Below are positions 38,317 to 47,634 of a DNA stretch of 64,000 nucleotides, piece after piece (position 1 is the first letter of the stretch; every line of letters starts with the position of its first letter). The notes beneath the pieces are model-generated. The model ran no database searches, was not told the origin of the DNA, and saw only the letters and a program-made list of their open reading frames with translations. The DNA is from Parvularculaceae bacterium (GTDB taxonomy: Bacteria > Pseudomonadota > Alphaproteobacteria > Caulobacterales > Parvularculaceae): contig JBGTLL010000181.1 of assembly GCA_041744115.1 (NCBI GenBank), forward strand, positions 120 through 64,119. The letters are read 5' to 3'. Position numbers and translations under genes: made by a program.

Positions 38317-39326
38317 TGACCCGCCTTTCGATGACGGCGGCGGTCGAACGCTACCCGCTTGCCGCGCCTTTCCGCATCTCCGGCCTTGTGTTCGAGCGGC
38401 AGGACGTCGTCGTCGTGACGCTGAGCGACGGCGTCCACCAGGGACGCGGCGAGGCGGCAGGCGTCTACTATCTGGGCGAGGGAACGCCGGAGATGATCGC
38501 GGCGCTCGACTCCGTTCGCGCGGAAATCGAGGCGGGCGTTGATCGCGCGGCGCTGCAACGCCTCTTGCCGCCGGGCGGCGCGCGCAATGCGCTGGATTGC
38601 GCCTTGTGGGAGCTTGACGCGGCGCGCGCCGGCAAACCGGTTTGGGAACTGGCGGGTCTTGTTGCGCCGAAGGCCTTGTTGACGACATTTACGGTGGGCG
38701 CTGACGATCCCGACCGGATGGCGCAAGGCGCGCGCAGGTTTGCACAGGCGCGTTCGATAAAACTGAAACTTACCGGCGAGCTTGATCTTGACATTGAGCG
38801 CGTGCAGGCGGTGCGCGCAGCGCGCCCCGATGTGTGGATCGGCGCCGACGCCAATCAGGGTTTTGCCGTCTCCGATCTTGAGGCGCTCATCCGCGCATTG
38901 GTCGTCTCCGGCGTTTCCTTGCTCGAACAGCCGCTGGCGCGCGGACGCGAGGCCGATCTTGAAGGATTGAAATCGCCGATCCCGATCGCCGCCGACGAAA
39001 GCGTCCTGTCGCTGGCTGACATAGCAGGGCTGGTCGGGCGTTTTGCTGTCGTCAACATCAAGCTCGACAAATGCGGGGGTCTGACCGAAGGGCTGGCGAT
39101 GGCGGCGGAAGCGCGGCGCCTCGGACTCGGCGTCATGGTCGGCAACATGGTCGGCACCAGCCTCGCGATGGCGCCGGCGTTTGTGCTCGGCCAATTGTGC
39201 GACGTCGTTGACCTTGATGGACCGATTTTCCTCGCCAGGGACCGCTCTCCCGGCGTCACCTACGCCGACGGCGCGGTCTCTTGCGGCGAGGACGTCTGGG
39301 GAACGCCGAGATCCGCCGCGGCATGA
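38316..39326 (+). CDS. Enolase-superfamily dipeptide epimerase/N-acyl-amino-acid racemase (DgcA/YcjG-like)
   Basis: KLK, DANQ, EQP, DES, NIKLDKCGG and DLD; overlaps the stop of the previous gene. Confidence 0.9.
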   Translation: MTRLSMTAAVERYPLAAPFRISGLVFERQDVVVVTLSDGVHQGRGEAAGVYYLGEGTPEMIAALDSVRAEIEAGVDRAALQRLLPPGGARNALDCALWELDAARAGKPVWELAGLVAPKALLTTFTVGADDPDRMAQGARRFAQARSIKLKLTGELDLDIERVQAVRAARPDVWIGADANQGFAVSDLEALIRALVVSGVSLLEQPLARGREADLEGLKSPIPIAADESVLSLADIAGLVGRFAVVNIKLDKCGGLTEGLAMAAEARRLGLGVMVGNMVGTSLAMAPAFVLGQLCDVVDLDGPIFLARDRSPGVTYADGAVSCGEDVWGTPRSAAA

Positions 39327-40618
39327 CCGCGCCGCCGGAAACGACCTGGTTCGGCCATCCGCGCGGGCTGACGATTCTTTTTCTGACCGAGATGTGGGAG
39401 AAATTCTCCTACTACGGCATGCGCGCATTGCTGGTCTATTACATGACCAAGCAATTGCTGATCGGTCAGGAAAAAGCCTCCTACATCTACGGCGCCTACA
39501 CCGCCTTTGCCTATTTCACGCCGATCTTCGGCGGCGCGATCGCCGATCGCTGGCTTGGCAAACGACGCGCGGTGATCATCGGCGGCAGCGTGATGGCCGC
39601 CGGCCATTTCATGATGACATTCGAGCCGCTGTTTTATCCGGCGCTGGCGACAATCGCGTTCGGCAACGGCCTGTTCCTGCCGAGCCTGCCGAGCCAGATC
39701 AACGACCTTTATCCGGCGACGGATCGCCGGCGCGGCTCGGCGTATAATGTCTATTATGTCGGCATCAATGTCGGCGGATTTCTGGCGCCGCTTGTCTGCG
39801 GCACGCTCGGGGAACTCTACGGCTGGCATTGGGGGTTCGGCGCGGCCGGTATCGGGATGATCGCGGGACTCGCAATCTATATTTTCGGCGGCAGATATCT
39901 GCCCGACGCGGCGCGTCGCCAGCCGATGGCGCGCCGCCCCGCAATGGCGCCCGCAAATTATCGCTCGACCTTTTTTGTCCTCATCGGCGTCGGCCTTGCG
40001 GTGACGGTCTTTCGCGGCGCCTACGAACAGGTCGGCAACACGGTCGCCTTGTGGGCGGACGTCGGCGTCGACCGGGCGGCGGGAGCGATGACGATCCCGA
40101 TGACGTGGTTCCAGTCGCTGAACCCGCTCTTCGTCGTCATGATGACGCCGCTGCTGCTCGCCCATTGGCGGCGGCGGTCGGACAGGGGGCGCGAGCAGTC
40201 TTCGGCGCAAAAGATGGCGATCGGCGCGGCGATCGTCGCCGGCGCCTATCTGCTGCTGGCGGCGGCGTCGTATATTTCCGGCGATGGCGGCCGTTCACAC
40301 TGGCTGTGGCTCGCCGCGTTCTTTGCGATCCTCACCTTGGGCGAACTCTATATTCTGCCGACGGGGCTTGGCCTCTTCGCGCGCCTCGCCCCGGTCGGGT
40401 TCGGCGCAACGACGGTCGCCGCCTGGTTCTTGGCGATCTTTACCGGCAGCCTGACCGCCGGCGCCGTCGGCGCGTTGTGGAGCGATCTCAGTCATGCCGC
40501 GTACTTCGCCGTCCTCGCGGCGATTTCAATCGTCGCGGCCGGATTGCTTCTCGCACTCGACCCGTCCTCGCGGCGCGTCGAGGCGGCGCGAGCCAAAGAA
40601 ACCGAGGGAATGATATGA
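39323..40618 (+). CDS. POT/PTR2 proton-dependent di/tripeptide transporter
   Basis: GHPRGL...EMWEKFSYYGMRALL; FQSLNP. Confidence 0.93.
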   Translation: MTAPPETTWFGHPRGLTILFLTEMWEKFSYYGMRALLVYYMTKQLLIGQEKASYIYGAYTAFAYFTPIFGGAIADRWLGKRRAVIIGGSVMAAGHFMMTFEPLFYPALATIAFGNGLFLPSLPSQINDLYPATDRRRGSAYNVYYVGINVGGFLAPLVCGTLGELYGWHWGFGAAGIGMIAGLAIYIFGGRYLPDAARRQPMARRPAMAPANYRSTFFVLIGVGLAVTVFRGAYEQVGNTVALWADVGVDRAAGAMTIPMTWFQSLNPLFVVMMTPLLLAHWRRRSDRGREQSSAQKMAIGAAIVAGAYLLLAAASYISGDGGRSHWLWLAAFFAILTLGELYILPTGLGLFARLAPVGFGATTVAAWFLAIFTGSLTAGAVGALWSDLSHAAYFAVLAAISIVAAGLLLALDPSSRRVEAARAKETEGMI

Positions 40619-41922
40619 AAAATGTCGTCATCGCGGCGTTCCTCCTCGCCACGTCGCTTCTTGCAACCGCCAAGGCGCAGACCGAGGGCGCAGCGCCGGA
40701 GGCCAGTCCGGCGAAGCAATCCTATATCCACGCGGGCCGTCTGCTCGCCGATCCGGCGACGGGCCGTGTCAATAGCGAAAAGACAGTCGTGATCGCCGAA
40801 GGAAGGGTCGTCGAAATCCGCGACGGCTATGTCGGCGAGGGCGAGATCATCGATCTCAAAGACAGCTTCGTTCTGCCGGGACTGATCGACGCGCACGTGC
40901 ACCTCCTGTTTGAAAACGGCCCCGCCGCCGAACTCGAGGCGCTGAAGAAGACCAGCGCCGATCTCGTCATCGATGGCGTCGTCAATGCGCGGCGGACGCT
41001 GGACGCCGGATTTACGACCGTTATTGATCTCGGCGATGACAGCGACGCGATCTACGCGCTCCGCGACGGCGTCGCCGCGGGCCATATCGTTGGCCCACGG
41101 ATTATCGCTGCCGGCATCGTCGGCGCCCATGGGGGCCACGCCGACATCCACGGCTATCGCCCCGATATTGGCGCTCTCTTCAAGCATCCGGGCCTTTGTT
41201 CCGGCGCCGACGATTGCGCCCGCGCGACGCGCCAGGCGATCCAGCGCGGCGCCGACATCATCAAGACGGCCTCGACCGGCGGCGTCATGTCCAACACTGC
41301 GGCGGGCCTCGGCCAGCAGATGAGCGATGAAGAGCTTGCGGCGATCGTGACGACGGCGCACCGGCTAGGGCGACAGGTCGCCTGCCATGCGCACGGCGCG
41401 GACGGAGTCAATGCGGCGCTGCGGGCGGGCGTCGATTCGATCGAGCATGGAACATTTCTCGACGCCTTGTCGATCAAGCTCATGAAAGAGAGCGGCGCCT
41501 ATCTCGTGCCGACCCTCCTTGCCGGCGACACCGTGCGCCAGCAGGCCGAGACCGCCGAATGGATGCCGCAAGCGGTCCGCGACAAAGCGCGCGATGTCGG
41601 GCCCAGAATGATCGCCGCCGCCAGGCGCGCAAGAGAAGGCGGCGTCAAAGTCGCGTTCGGGACAGACTCTGCCGTATCAAAGCACGGCGACAACGCCCGC
41701 GAGTTTGCGCTGATGGTGACAGCAGGGTTCAGCCCGCTCGACGCAATTCGCTCGGCGACCGTGTGGGGCGCGGCGCATATTCGCCTCGAAGGCGAAATCG
41801 GCAGCATCGCGGCGGGCAAGGCGGCGGACATCATCGCCGTCAAAGGCGACCCGCTCGTCGATATCCGCGTGCTCGAACAGGTCGGATTTGTCATGCGGAG
41901 CGGCGAAATCGCGCGGCGCTAG
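40615..41922 (+). CDS. Secreted metal-dependent amidohydrolase (Xaa-Pro dipeptidase-like)
   Basis: Signal peptide; PGLIDAHVH, IIK, CHAHG, SIEHG, FGTD. The true start is 40615, not 39829. Confidence 0.9.
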   Translation: MKNVVIAAFLLATSLLATAKAQTEGAAPEASPAKQSYIHAGRLLADPATGRVNSEKTVVIAEGRVVEIRDGYVGEGEIIDLKDSFVLPGLIDAHVHLLFENGPAAELEALKKTSADLVIDGVVNARRTLDAGFTTVIDLGDDSDAIYALRDGVAAGHIVGPRIIAAGIVGAHGGHADIHGYRPDIGALFKHPGLCSGADDCARATRQAIQRGADIIKTASTGGVMSNTAAGLGQQMSDEELAAIVTTAHRLGRQVACHAHGADGVNAALRAGVDSIEHGTFLDALSIKLMKESGAYLVPTLLAGDTVRQQAETAEWMPQAVRDKARDVGPRMIAAARRAREGGVKVAFGTDSAVSKHGDNAREFALMVTAGFSPLDAIRSATVWGAAHIRLEGEIGSIAAGKAADIIAVKGDPLVDIRVLEQVGFVMRSGEIARR

Positions 41923-42018
41923 CACCGGCCGACCAGGATACAGCCCGCGATTTTGGTTGACTTTTCTCTGATCAGGACCGTATAGTCCTAAATTGGCTAT
42001 TATTGTCTGGAAGGGCGC

Positions 42019-43218
42019 ATGAGTCGCTGGCCGGTACCCGATCGCCGCAATCTGTTCAAAGGCGTCGCCGCCGGGGCGGTCGTCATGGCGGGCTTCGTTT
42101 TTCCGGCGGCCGGCATTCGCGCGGCGGCGCAAGGCAAAACTTATTCTCCGCGGGCCGTGGCGCTGGTCGAGAAATCGCTCGTCATCGACATGCTGGCGCC
42201 GCTGCGCCTCAACCTGACGCCGGAGGCATACACAAAGCCGCTGACGCGTGAGGAAATCGCCGACTTTCGCGCCTCCGGCGTCACTGGTTTCCACAGCGCG
42301 TTCGGCATCGGCGGACCGACCGCGCGCGAAGACGGGCTCAGCCTCCTTGCCGCGTGGCAGGGGTTTGTCGGCAGGCATTCCGATCTCTTTCTTCTGGTCG
42401 ATAGCGTCGCCGATCTCGACCGCGCGAAAAGCGAAAACAAGATCGCGATGATCAGCGGTATTCAGAACGCGGATCAGTTTGCCGACGCCGATGATGTCGA
42501 GTTTTTCCACGGGCTGGGTCTCAGGTGTGCGCAGCTCACTTACAACAGCCAGAATCTCTTGGGGTCCGGGGCGACGGACCGGGTCGATGGCGGGCTGTCG
42601 GATTACGGCGCCGAGATCGTTGCCGCGATGAACAAGGCCGGAATGCTGGTCGATGTCTCCCATAGCGGCGACAAGACGACCCTCGACGCCATCGCCGCCT
42701 CGGCGGGACCGATCGCGATCACCCATTCAAATTGCCGCGCCATCGTCAATCATCCGCGCGCCAAGACCAATGAAGCGATCAGGGCGCTCGCGAAAAAGGG
42801 CGGCGTGATGGGCGTCACCGGCGTCCGCAATTTTGTGCGCGACCGGGAACCGACGACGGTCGCGCATATTGTCGATCATATCGACCATATCGTGAAGCTC
42901 GTCGGCGTCGAGCATGTCGGCATCGGATCGGATTCCGACCTTTACGGCTACGACGACATGCCGGCCGATCAATATGAAGCGCTGAAGCAAAGCTACAAGG
43001 CGAGCTACGCCTTCCGCGATAAAATCGACGTCGACGGCTTCGATCATCCGCTGAGGATTTTCGATCTGACCGATGAGCTGATCCGGCGCAAATATTCCGA
43101 TGCGAACATCGCGCTGGTTCTCGGCGGCAATTTCCGCCGGCTGCTCGGTGAAACATGGAAACGAACAACAAAGGCGGTTCCGCAACTGGACGCCACAACG
43201 GGAGGGGCCAAACAATGA
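42019..43218 (+). CDS. Tat-exported membrane dipeptidase (M19)
   Basis: DRRNLFK twin-arginine signal; QLTYN, DVSH, THSN, HVGIGSD. Confidence 0.9.
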   Translation: MSRWPVPDRRNLFKGVAAGAVVMAGFVFPAAGIRAAAQGKTYSPRAVALVEKSLVIDMLAPLRLNLTPEAYTKPLTREEIADFRASGVTGFHSAFGIGGPTAREDGLSLLAAWQGFVGRHSDLFLLVDSVADLDRAKSENKIAMISGIQNADQFADADDVEFFHGLGLRCAQLTYNSQNLLGSGATDRVDGGLSDYGAEIVAAMNKAGMLVDVSHSGDKTTLDAIAASAGPIAITHSNCRAIVNHPRAKTNEAIRALAKKGGVMGVTGVRNFVRDREPTTVAHIVDHIDHIVKLVGVEHVGIGSDSDLYGYDDMPADQYEALKQSYKASYAFRDKIDVDGFDHPLRIFDLTDELIRRKYSDANIALVLGGNFRRLLGETWKRTTKAVPQLDATTGGAKQ

Positions 43219-45521
43219 CCATCAAGAAAATGTCAAAGCGCGCCGCGCTGATGGCGTCGGCGGGATTTTGGGTCGCCTTTAGCGGCATAGCGTGGGCGCA
43301 GGACGCATCACCGACGGAAGCAGACGACGAAGTCATCGTCACCGCGCAAAAGCGTGAGCAAAGCCTGATCGAGGTCCCTTTGTCGGTGACAGTCCTCGAC
43401 GGCGGCAATCTCGAGCTTCAGCAGGCCGATACTTTCCTCGATTATATCGGCCAGGTTCCAGGCCTCAGCATTGAACAAGCGACGCCCGGCGCGTCGCGTC
43501 TCATCTTGCGGGGCGTCAACACCGGGTCGATTGGTTCGACCTTGGGGATTTATGTCGATGAAACGCCGTTCGGGTCGAGCACCAGCCTCGGCAACGCCGC
43601 GATCCTCGCCGGCGACTTCGACACCTTCGATCTCGAACGGGTCGAGGTCTTGCGCGGGCCCCAAGGGACGCTTTACGGCGCGAACTCGCTCGGCGGCGTC
43701 CTGAAATTCGTCACGCAAGCCCCAAAACTCGGCGTTTATGAAGCGCGCGCCCAAATCGGCGCCGAATCGGTTAAGGGAGGCGACGATTTCGGCTATAACG
43801 CCAACGCCGTCGTCAACCTGCCGCTCGGCGACACGATCGCCGTGCGCGCCAGCGGATTTTACCGCGAGAACGACGGCTTCATCGACGCCACCGGCAGACC
43901 CGCCGAGGACATCAATGGCTCGGAAAGCTATGGCGGCCGGGCGTCCGCGCTGTTCGAGCCGACCGAAGCGCTATCAGTCCGGCTGACCGGAATTTACCAG
44001 AAGATCGCGGCCAACACTGGAACGCTGTTCGATGCCGATCCCCTCACGCTGGAACCACTCGCCAACGATCCTTTCACCATGGCGCCGCTGAATGGCCAAC
44101 TGACCTTCGCGCAGTTCTTTCCCGATTCGAGCGATGTCGAATACAAGCTCTACAACGGCACCGGCGATTGGGATTTAGGTTTCGCCAGCCTTACCTCCGC
44201 GACCAGCTATGGCGTCCTTCAGCAGGACATCGTCGCCGATGCCTCGTCAATCCTCACCGGCCTTGTAACGTTCCTTTACCAAACCTTTGGGGACCCCCTG
44301 ACGCCGCCGCTCGGCATCTTTGCCGACCAGAGCATTAGGCAGAAGAAGTTCACCCAGGAATTGCGGCTCGCGTCGCCAACGTCCGACACGTTCGAATGGC
44401 TGATCGGCGGCTATTTTACGCGCGAGACCGTCGCCCTCGCTCAGGACGCGCTTCCGTTTAACCTTGCGACGTTGGCGCTGACCAATCCGGCGCTCCTCGG
44501 GTTTGACGATTTCCAGACGGCGGCGCTCGATTCGAAATACAAGGAATATGCGGGATTCGCGAACGCCACCTGGCACATCTTGCCGCGGCTCGATCTTTCG
44601 GCCGGCGGCCGCTACAGCCACAACGACCAGAGTTCCGCCCAATTTCTCAATGGCGCGATCTTTCTCCTCTCGGGCGTGCCGGCGCCGATCGCGATCACGG
44701 GTGAATCGTCGGAAAACGTGTTCACCTGGTCGGTGTCGCCGCGCTTTGAACTGAGCGACAATGCGTCGATCTATGCGCGCGTCGCCAAAGGCTATCGACC
44801 GGGTGGTCCGAATGTGGTGCCGCCGGGCGCGGCGCCCGACTTTCCATTCGAATTCGACGCCGACACGCTAATCAGCTATGAGGCGGGCGTGAAGGCCCAA
44901 ACCGCCGACGGCGTCTTCGCGATCGACGCTGCGGGCTATTATCTCGACTGGAAAGACATTCTCGTCTTCGCGCAATTTCCGAGCGCCGTCGGACCGATTG
45001 GCGGCAACGACAACGGCCCCGGCGCGAAAAGCATCGGCGCCGAGGTGACGGTCTCCTTGCGACCGGTGGAAGGGTTGAGCGTTGTCGCCAACGGCGCGTA
45101 CAACGATGCCGAGCTGACCGCCGACACATCGGCGTTGGTTGGCGGTCTCGACGGCGACCAACTGCCGTTCGCGCCAAAATGGTCCGGCAACATCAGCGCC
45201 GATTATGAATGGACCCTTTCGGGCGACGCGACGGTCTTTGTCGGGGGCAATCTGCGGTTGGTCGGCGACCAGTCGGCCGATTTCGACCGGCTTACCGCGC
45301 CTTTTGCCGGTCTGAGACTGGGCTTGCCAAGCTATGAAGTCGTCGACCTGCGGACCGGCGTCACATTCGGCAATCTGTCGGTGACGGGGTATGTCCGGAA
45401 CCTCACCGATTCCGGCGGCCTCACTTCCGTCGGCGGCTTCGGTGGGAGACCCGGCACGGCCGTCGTGGCCTCGCCGATCCGTCCGCGGACTTATGGCGTA
45501 ACGATAGGCGCGTCGTTCTGA
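43215..45521 (+). CDS. TonB-dependent receptor (TBDR3)
   Basis: DEVIVTAQKREQSL and RVEVLRGPQGTLYG; C-terminal F. Confidence 0.95.
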   Translation: MTIKKMSKRAALMASAGFWVAFSGIAWAQDASPTEADDEVIVTAQKREQSLIEVPLSVTVLDGGNLELQQADTFLDYIGQVPGLSIEQATPGASRLILRGVNTGSIGSTLGIYVDETPFGSSTSLGNAAILAGDFDTFDLERVEVLRGPQGTLYGANSLGGVLKFVTQAPKLGVYEARAQIGAESVKGGDDFGYNANAVVNLPLGDTIAVRASGFYRENDGFIDATGRPAEDINGSESYGGRASALFEPTEALSVRLTGIYQKIAANTGTLFDADPLTLEPLANDPFTMAPLNGQLTFAQFFPDSSDVEYKLYNGTGDWDLGFASLTSATSYGVLQQDIVADASSILTGLVTFLYQTFGDPLTPPLGIFADQSIRQKKFTQELRLASPTSDTFEWLIGGYFTRETVALAQDALPFNLATLALTNPALLGFDDFQTAALDSKYKEYAGFANATWHILPRLDLSAGGRYSHNDQSSAQFLNGAIFLLSGVPAPIAITGESSENVFTWSVSPRFELSDNASIYARVAKGYRPGGPNVVPPGAAPDFPFEFDADTLISYEAGVKAQTADGVFAIDAAGYYLDWKDILVFAQFPSAVGPIGGNDNGPGAKSIGAEVTVSLRPVEGLSVVANGAYNDAELTADTSALVGGLDGDQLPFAPKWSGNISADYEWTLSGDATVFVGGNLRLVGDQSADFDRLTAPFAGLRLGLPSYEVVDLRTGVTFGNLSVTGYVRNLTDSGGLTSVGGFGGRPGTAVVASPIRPRTYGVTIGASF

Positions 45522-45535
45522 GCGATTCAGGGACA

Positions 45536-45567
45536 GGGCGCGGGGCAAGACAATCGGCGCCGCGCCC
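45536..45567. other. Intercistronic hairpin after TBDR3
   Basis: GGGCGCGG/CCGCGCCC stem, no U-tract. Confidence 0.45.
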
Positions 45568-45588
45568 GCGCCGCGAGGGAACGCCAAA

Positions 45589-46650
45589 GTGCACAATCTG
45601 TCGTTAGCCGATCTGGAACAGGAAAGCGCCGAGGGATCGGCGCTTGTTCTTCCCCGGCCCTATCTTCTGTTTCTCGGAGACGCGACGGACGCCGCCTACG
45701 CCAAGACCGCGTTCGGGCTTCGCGACTGGGCGCCCGAAAATTGCGTCGGCGAATTCGCCTGCGCCGGCGACAGGATCAGTCTCGGCCTGCCGTTCCTGAC
45801 GCCGGCGGAGGCGCGCGGCCTCGGCGCGCGCGCCATGGTCATCGGCGTCGCCAATACCGGCGGCGTCATTCTGGAAGCTTGGGTTCCCCTGCTGCTTGAG
45901 GCGCTGGCCGCCGGTCTCGATCTCGTCAGCGGCATGCACGACCGGCTGGAAAGCGTGCCCGCGCTCAAGGAAACCGCCAAGAAATATGGACGGCGCCTGA
46001 TCGATATCAGGACGCCCCCGGCATCAATCCCGATTGCAACCGGCCGCAAGCGCCTGGGCAAACGATTGCTCACCGTCGGCACCGACTGTGCGCTTGGGAA
46101 AAAATACACGGCGCTGGCGCTGGCGCGGGCTTTCAAGGCGCGCGGCCTCGACGCCGATTTTCGCGCGACCGGCCAGACCGGCATTCTGATCGCCGGCAGC
46201 GGCATACCGATCGACGCGGTGGTCTCCGATTTCGTCGCCGGCGCCGCCGAGATTTTGAGCCCGGACGCCGCGCCCGGTCACTGGGACGTAATCGAAGGCC
46301 AAGGTTCGGTGTTTCACCCGGCCTATGCGGGGGTCGCTCTCGGCCTGCTGCACGGAAGCCAGCCCGACGTCATTGTCGTCTGTCACGATCCTTGGCGCAA
46401 ATACGTGCTCGGCCATCCGGATTACAAGATCGTCAGCCTCGAAGAGACGATCGACCTCACCTTGCGGCTTGGAAAACGCACCAATCCGGCGATCCGCTGC
46501 GGCGGCGTCAGCCTCAACACGTCGAGCCTCGACGAAGCCGCGGCGCGCCGGCTGATCGCGAACGAGGCGGCCCGGCTGAACCTCCCGGTCGCCGATCCGA
46601 TCAGGGGCGGCCCGGAATTTGAATTGTTGGTGGACGGATGTATCGGCTGA
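45589..46650 (+). CDS. DUF1611 P-loop protein (DgcN-like D-glutamate N-acetyltransferase)
   Basis: PYLLFLGD, AKTAFG, VGTDCALGKKYT, FRATGQTG, IEGQGS. Confidence 0.88.
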   Translation: MHNLSLADLEQESAEGSALVLPRPYLLFLGDATDAAYAKTAFGLRDWAPENCVGEFACAGDRISLGLPFLTPAEARGLGARAMVIGVANTGGVILEAWVPLLLEALAAGLDLVSGMHDRLESVPALKETAKKYGRRLIDIRTPPASIPIATGRKRLGKRLLTVGTDCALGKKYTALALARAFKARGLDADFRATGQTGILIAGSGIPIDAVVSDFVAGAAEILSPDAAPGHWDVIEGQGSVFHPAYAGVALGLLHGSQPDVIVVCHDPWRKYVLGHPDYKIVSLEETIDLTLRLGKRTNPAIRCGGVSLNTSSLDEAAARRLIANEAARLNLPVADPIRGGPEFELLVDGCIG

Positions 46651-47624
46651 CGACTTTGCTGGCCGGTCTCGCGTTCATGCTGGCGGCGCCGGCGTTGGGC
46701 GCCGGGCCCGCGGATACATTGAAAGCGGAAATCGAACGGATCGCGGCGCCGGTCGGCGGCGTTGTCGGCGTCGCCGCCGGGCGGCTTGACGGCAACGGGC
46801 CGCGGATTTCGGTCAACGCCGAAACGCCGTTCCCGATGGCGAGCACGTTCAAGATCGCGGTCGCCGGAAAAATTCTCGCGCTGGTCGACAGCGGCGAGAT
46901 CAGCCTCGATCAGATGGTGAATGTCGATCCCGACCTCCACGTTGAATCGGAAGTGATCGCCGACCGCTTCATCCATCCGGGCGTCAGCCTCTCGGTGCAC
47001 AATCTGCTCGAACTGATGATAACGCAAAGCGACAACACCGCGACCGATGTGCTGACGGCGCTCGCCGGCGGGCCGGACGCGGTGACGGCGTGGGTTCGCG
47101 GCGAGGGCGTCGAGGGCTTGCGCGTCGATCGCGACACCGGCGGCCTCTTGCGTGATTTTTACGGACTGCCGGCGGGGGCCTTTCCGGATGCGCTTGCGGA
47201 GGCGTACGCGGCCAACCCGGATATCGTGGAAAAGAGCGATAAGCCCGATCCGGCTTTCGACAAGGATCCGCGCGACACCTCTACGCCGGCGGCGATGGCG
47301 CATCTCCTTGACCGCATCTTCAGCGGCGACGCGCTGGCAACAGAAACGACGCGGGAACTGATTGCGATGATGGAACGCAACCGCACCGGGGACGGACGGA
47401 TCAGGGCAAGGCTGCCGCCAGCGACAAAAGTCGCCGACAAAACCGGCACCGTCGGCGGGTCGCTCAACGATGTCGGCGTGATCACGCTTCCAGGGGGCGC
47501 AGGCGACATCGTCGTTGCGATTTTCATCAAGGAGAGCGCAGTTCCCTTTGCTGCGCGCGAAGCGGCGATCGCCGACATCGCGCGCGCGATTTACGATTTT
47601 TATCTGTTCGGCGCCAGGCGATGA
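46638..47624 (+). CDS. Class A beta-lactamase-fold serine hydrolase lacking the Glu166 equivalent
   Basis: STFK, SDN and KTG present; RVDRDT aligns to TEM RLDRWE; enlarged omega loop before DPRDTSTP. Confidence 0.85.
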   Translation: MYRLTTLLAGLAFMLAAPALGAGPADTLKAEIERIAAPVGGVVGVAAGRLDGNGPRISVNAETPFPMASTFKIAVAGKILALVDSGEISLDQMVNVDPDLHVESEVIADRFIHPGVSLSVHNLLELMITQSDNTATDVLTALAGGPDAVTAWVRGEGVEGLRVDRDTGGLLRDFYGLPAGAFPDALAEAYAANPDIVEKSDKPDPAFDKDPRDTSTPAAMAHLLDRIFSGDALATETTRELIAMMERNRTGDGRIRARLPPATKVADKTGTVGGSLNDVGVITLPGGAGDIVVAIFIKESAVPFAAREAAIADIARAIYDFYLFGARR

Positions 47625-47634
47625 CAGGTCGATT

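Noticed and set aside
39829-40614. N-terminal extension of the amidohydrolase; likewise 61289-61894, 51943-52491 and 7056-7277
   Set aside because: Mostly out-of-frame overlaps with upstream genes or regulatory DNA; better starts with an RBS or signal peptide lie downstream.
46638-47624. Antibiotic-resistance beta-lactamase call
   Set aside because: No Glu166/Asn170 equivalent, and the context is a catabolic operon.
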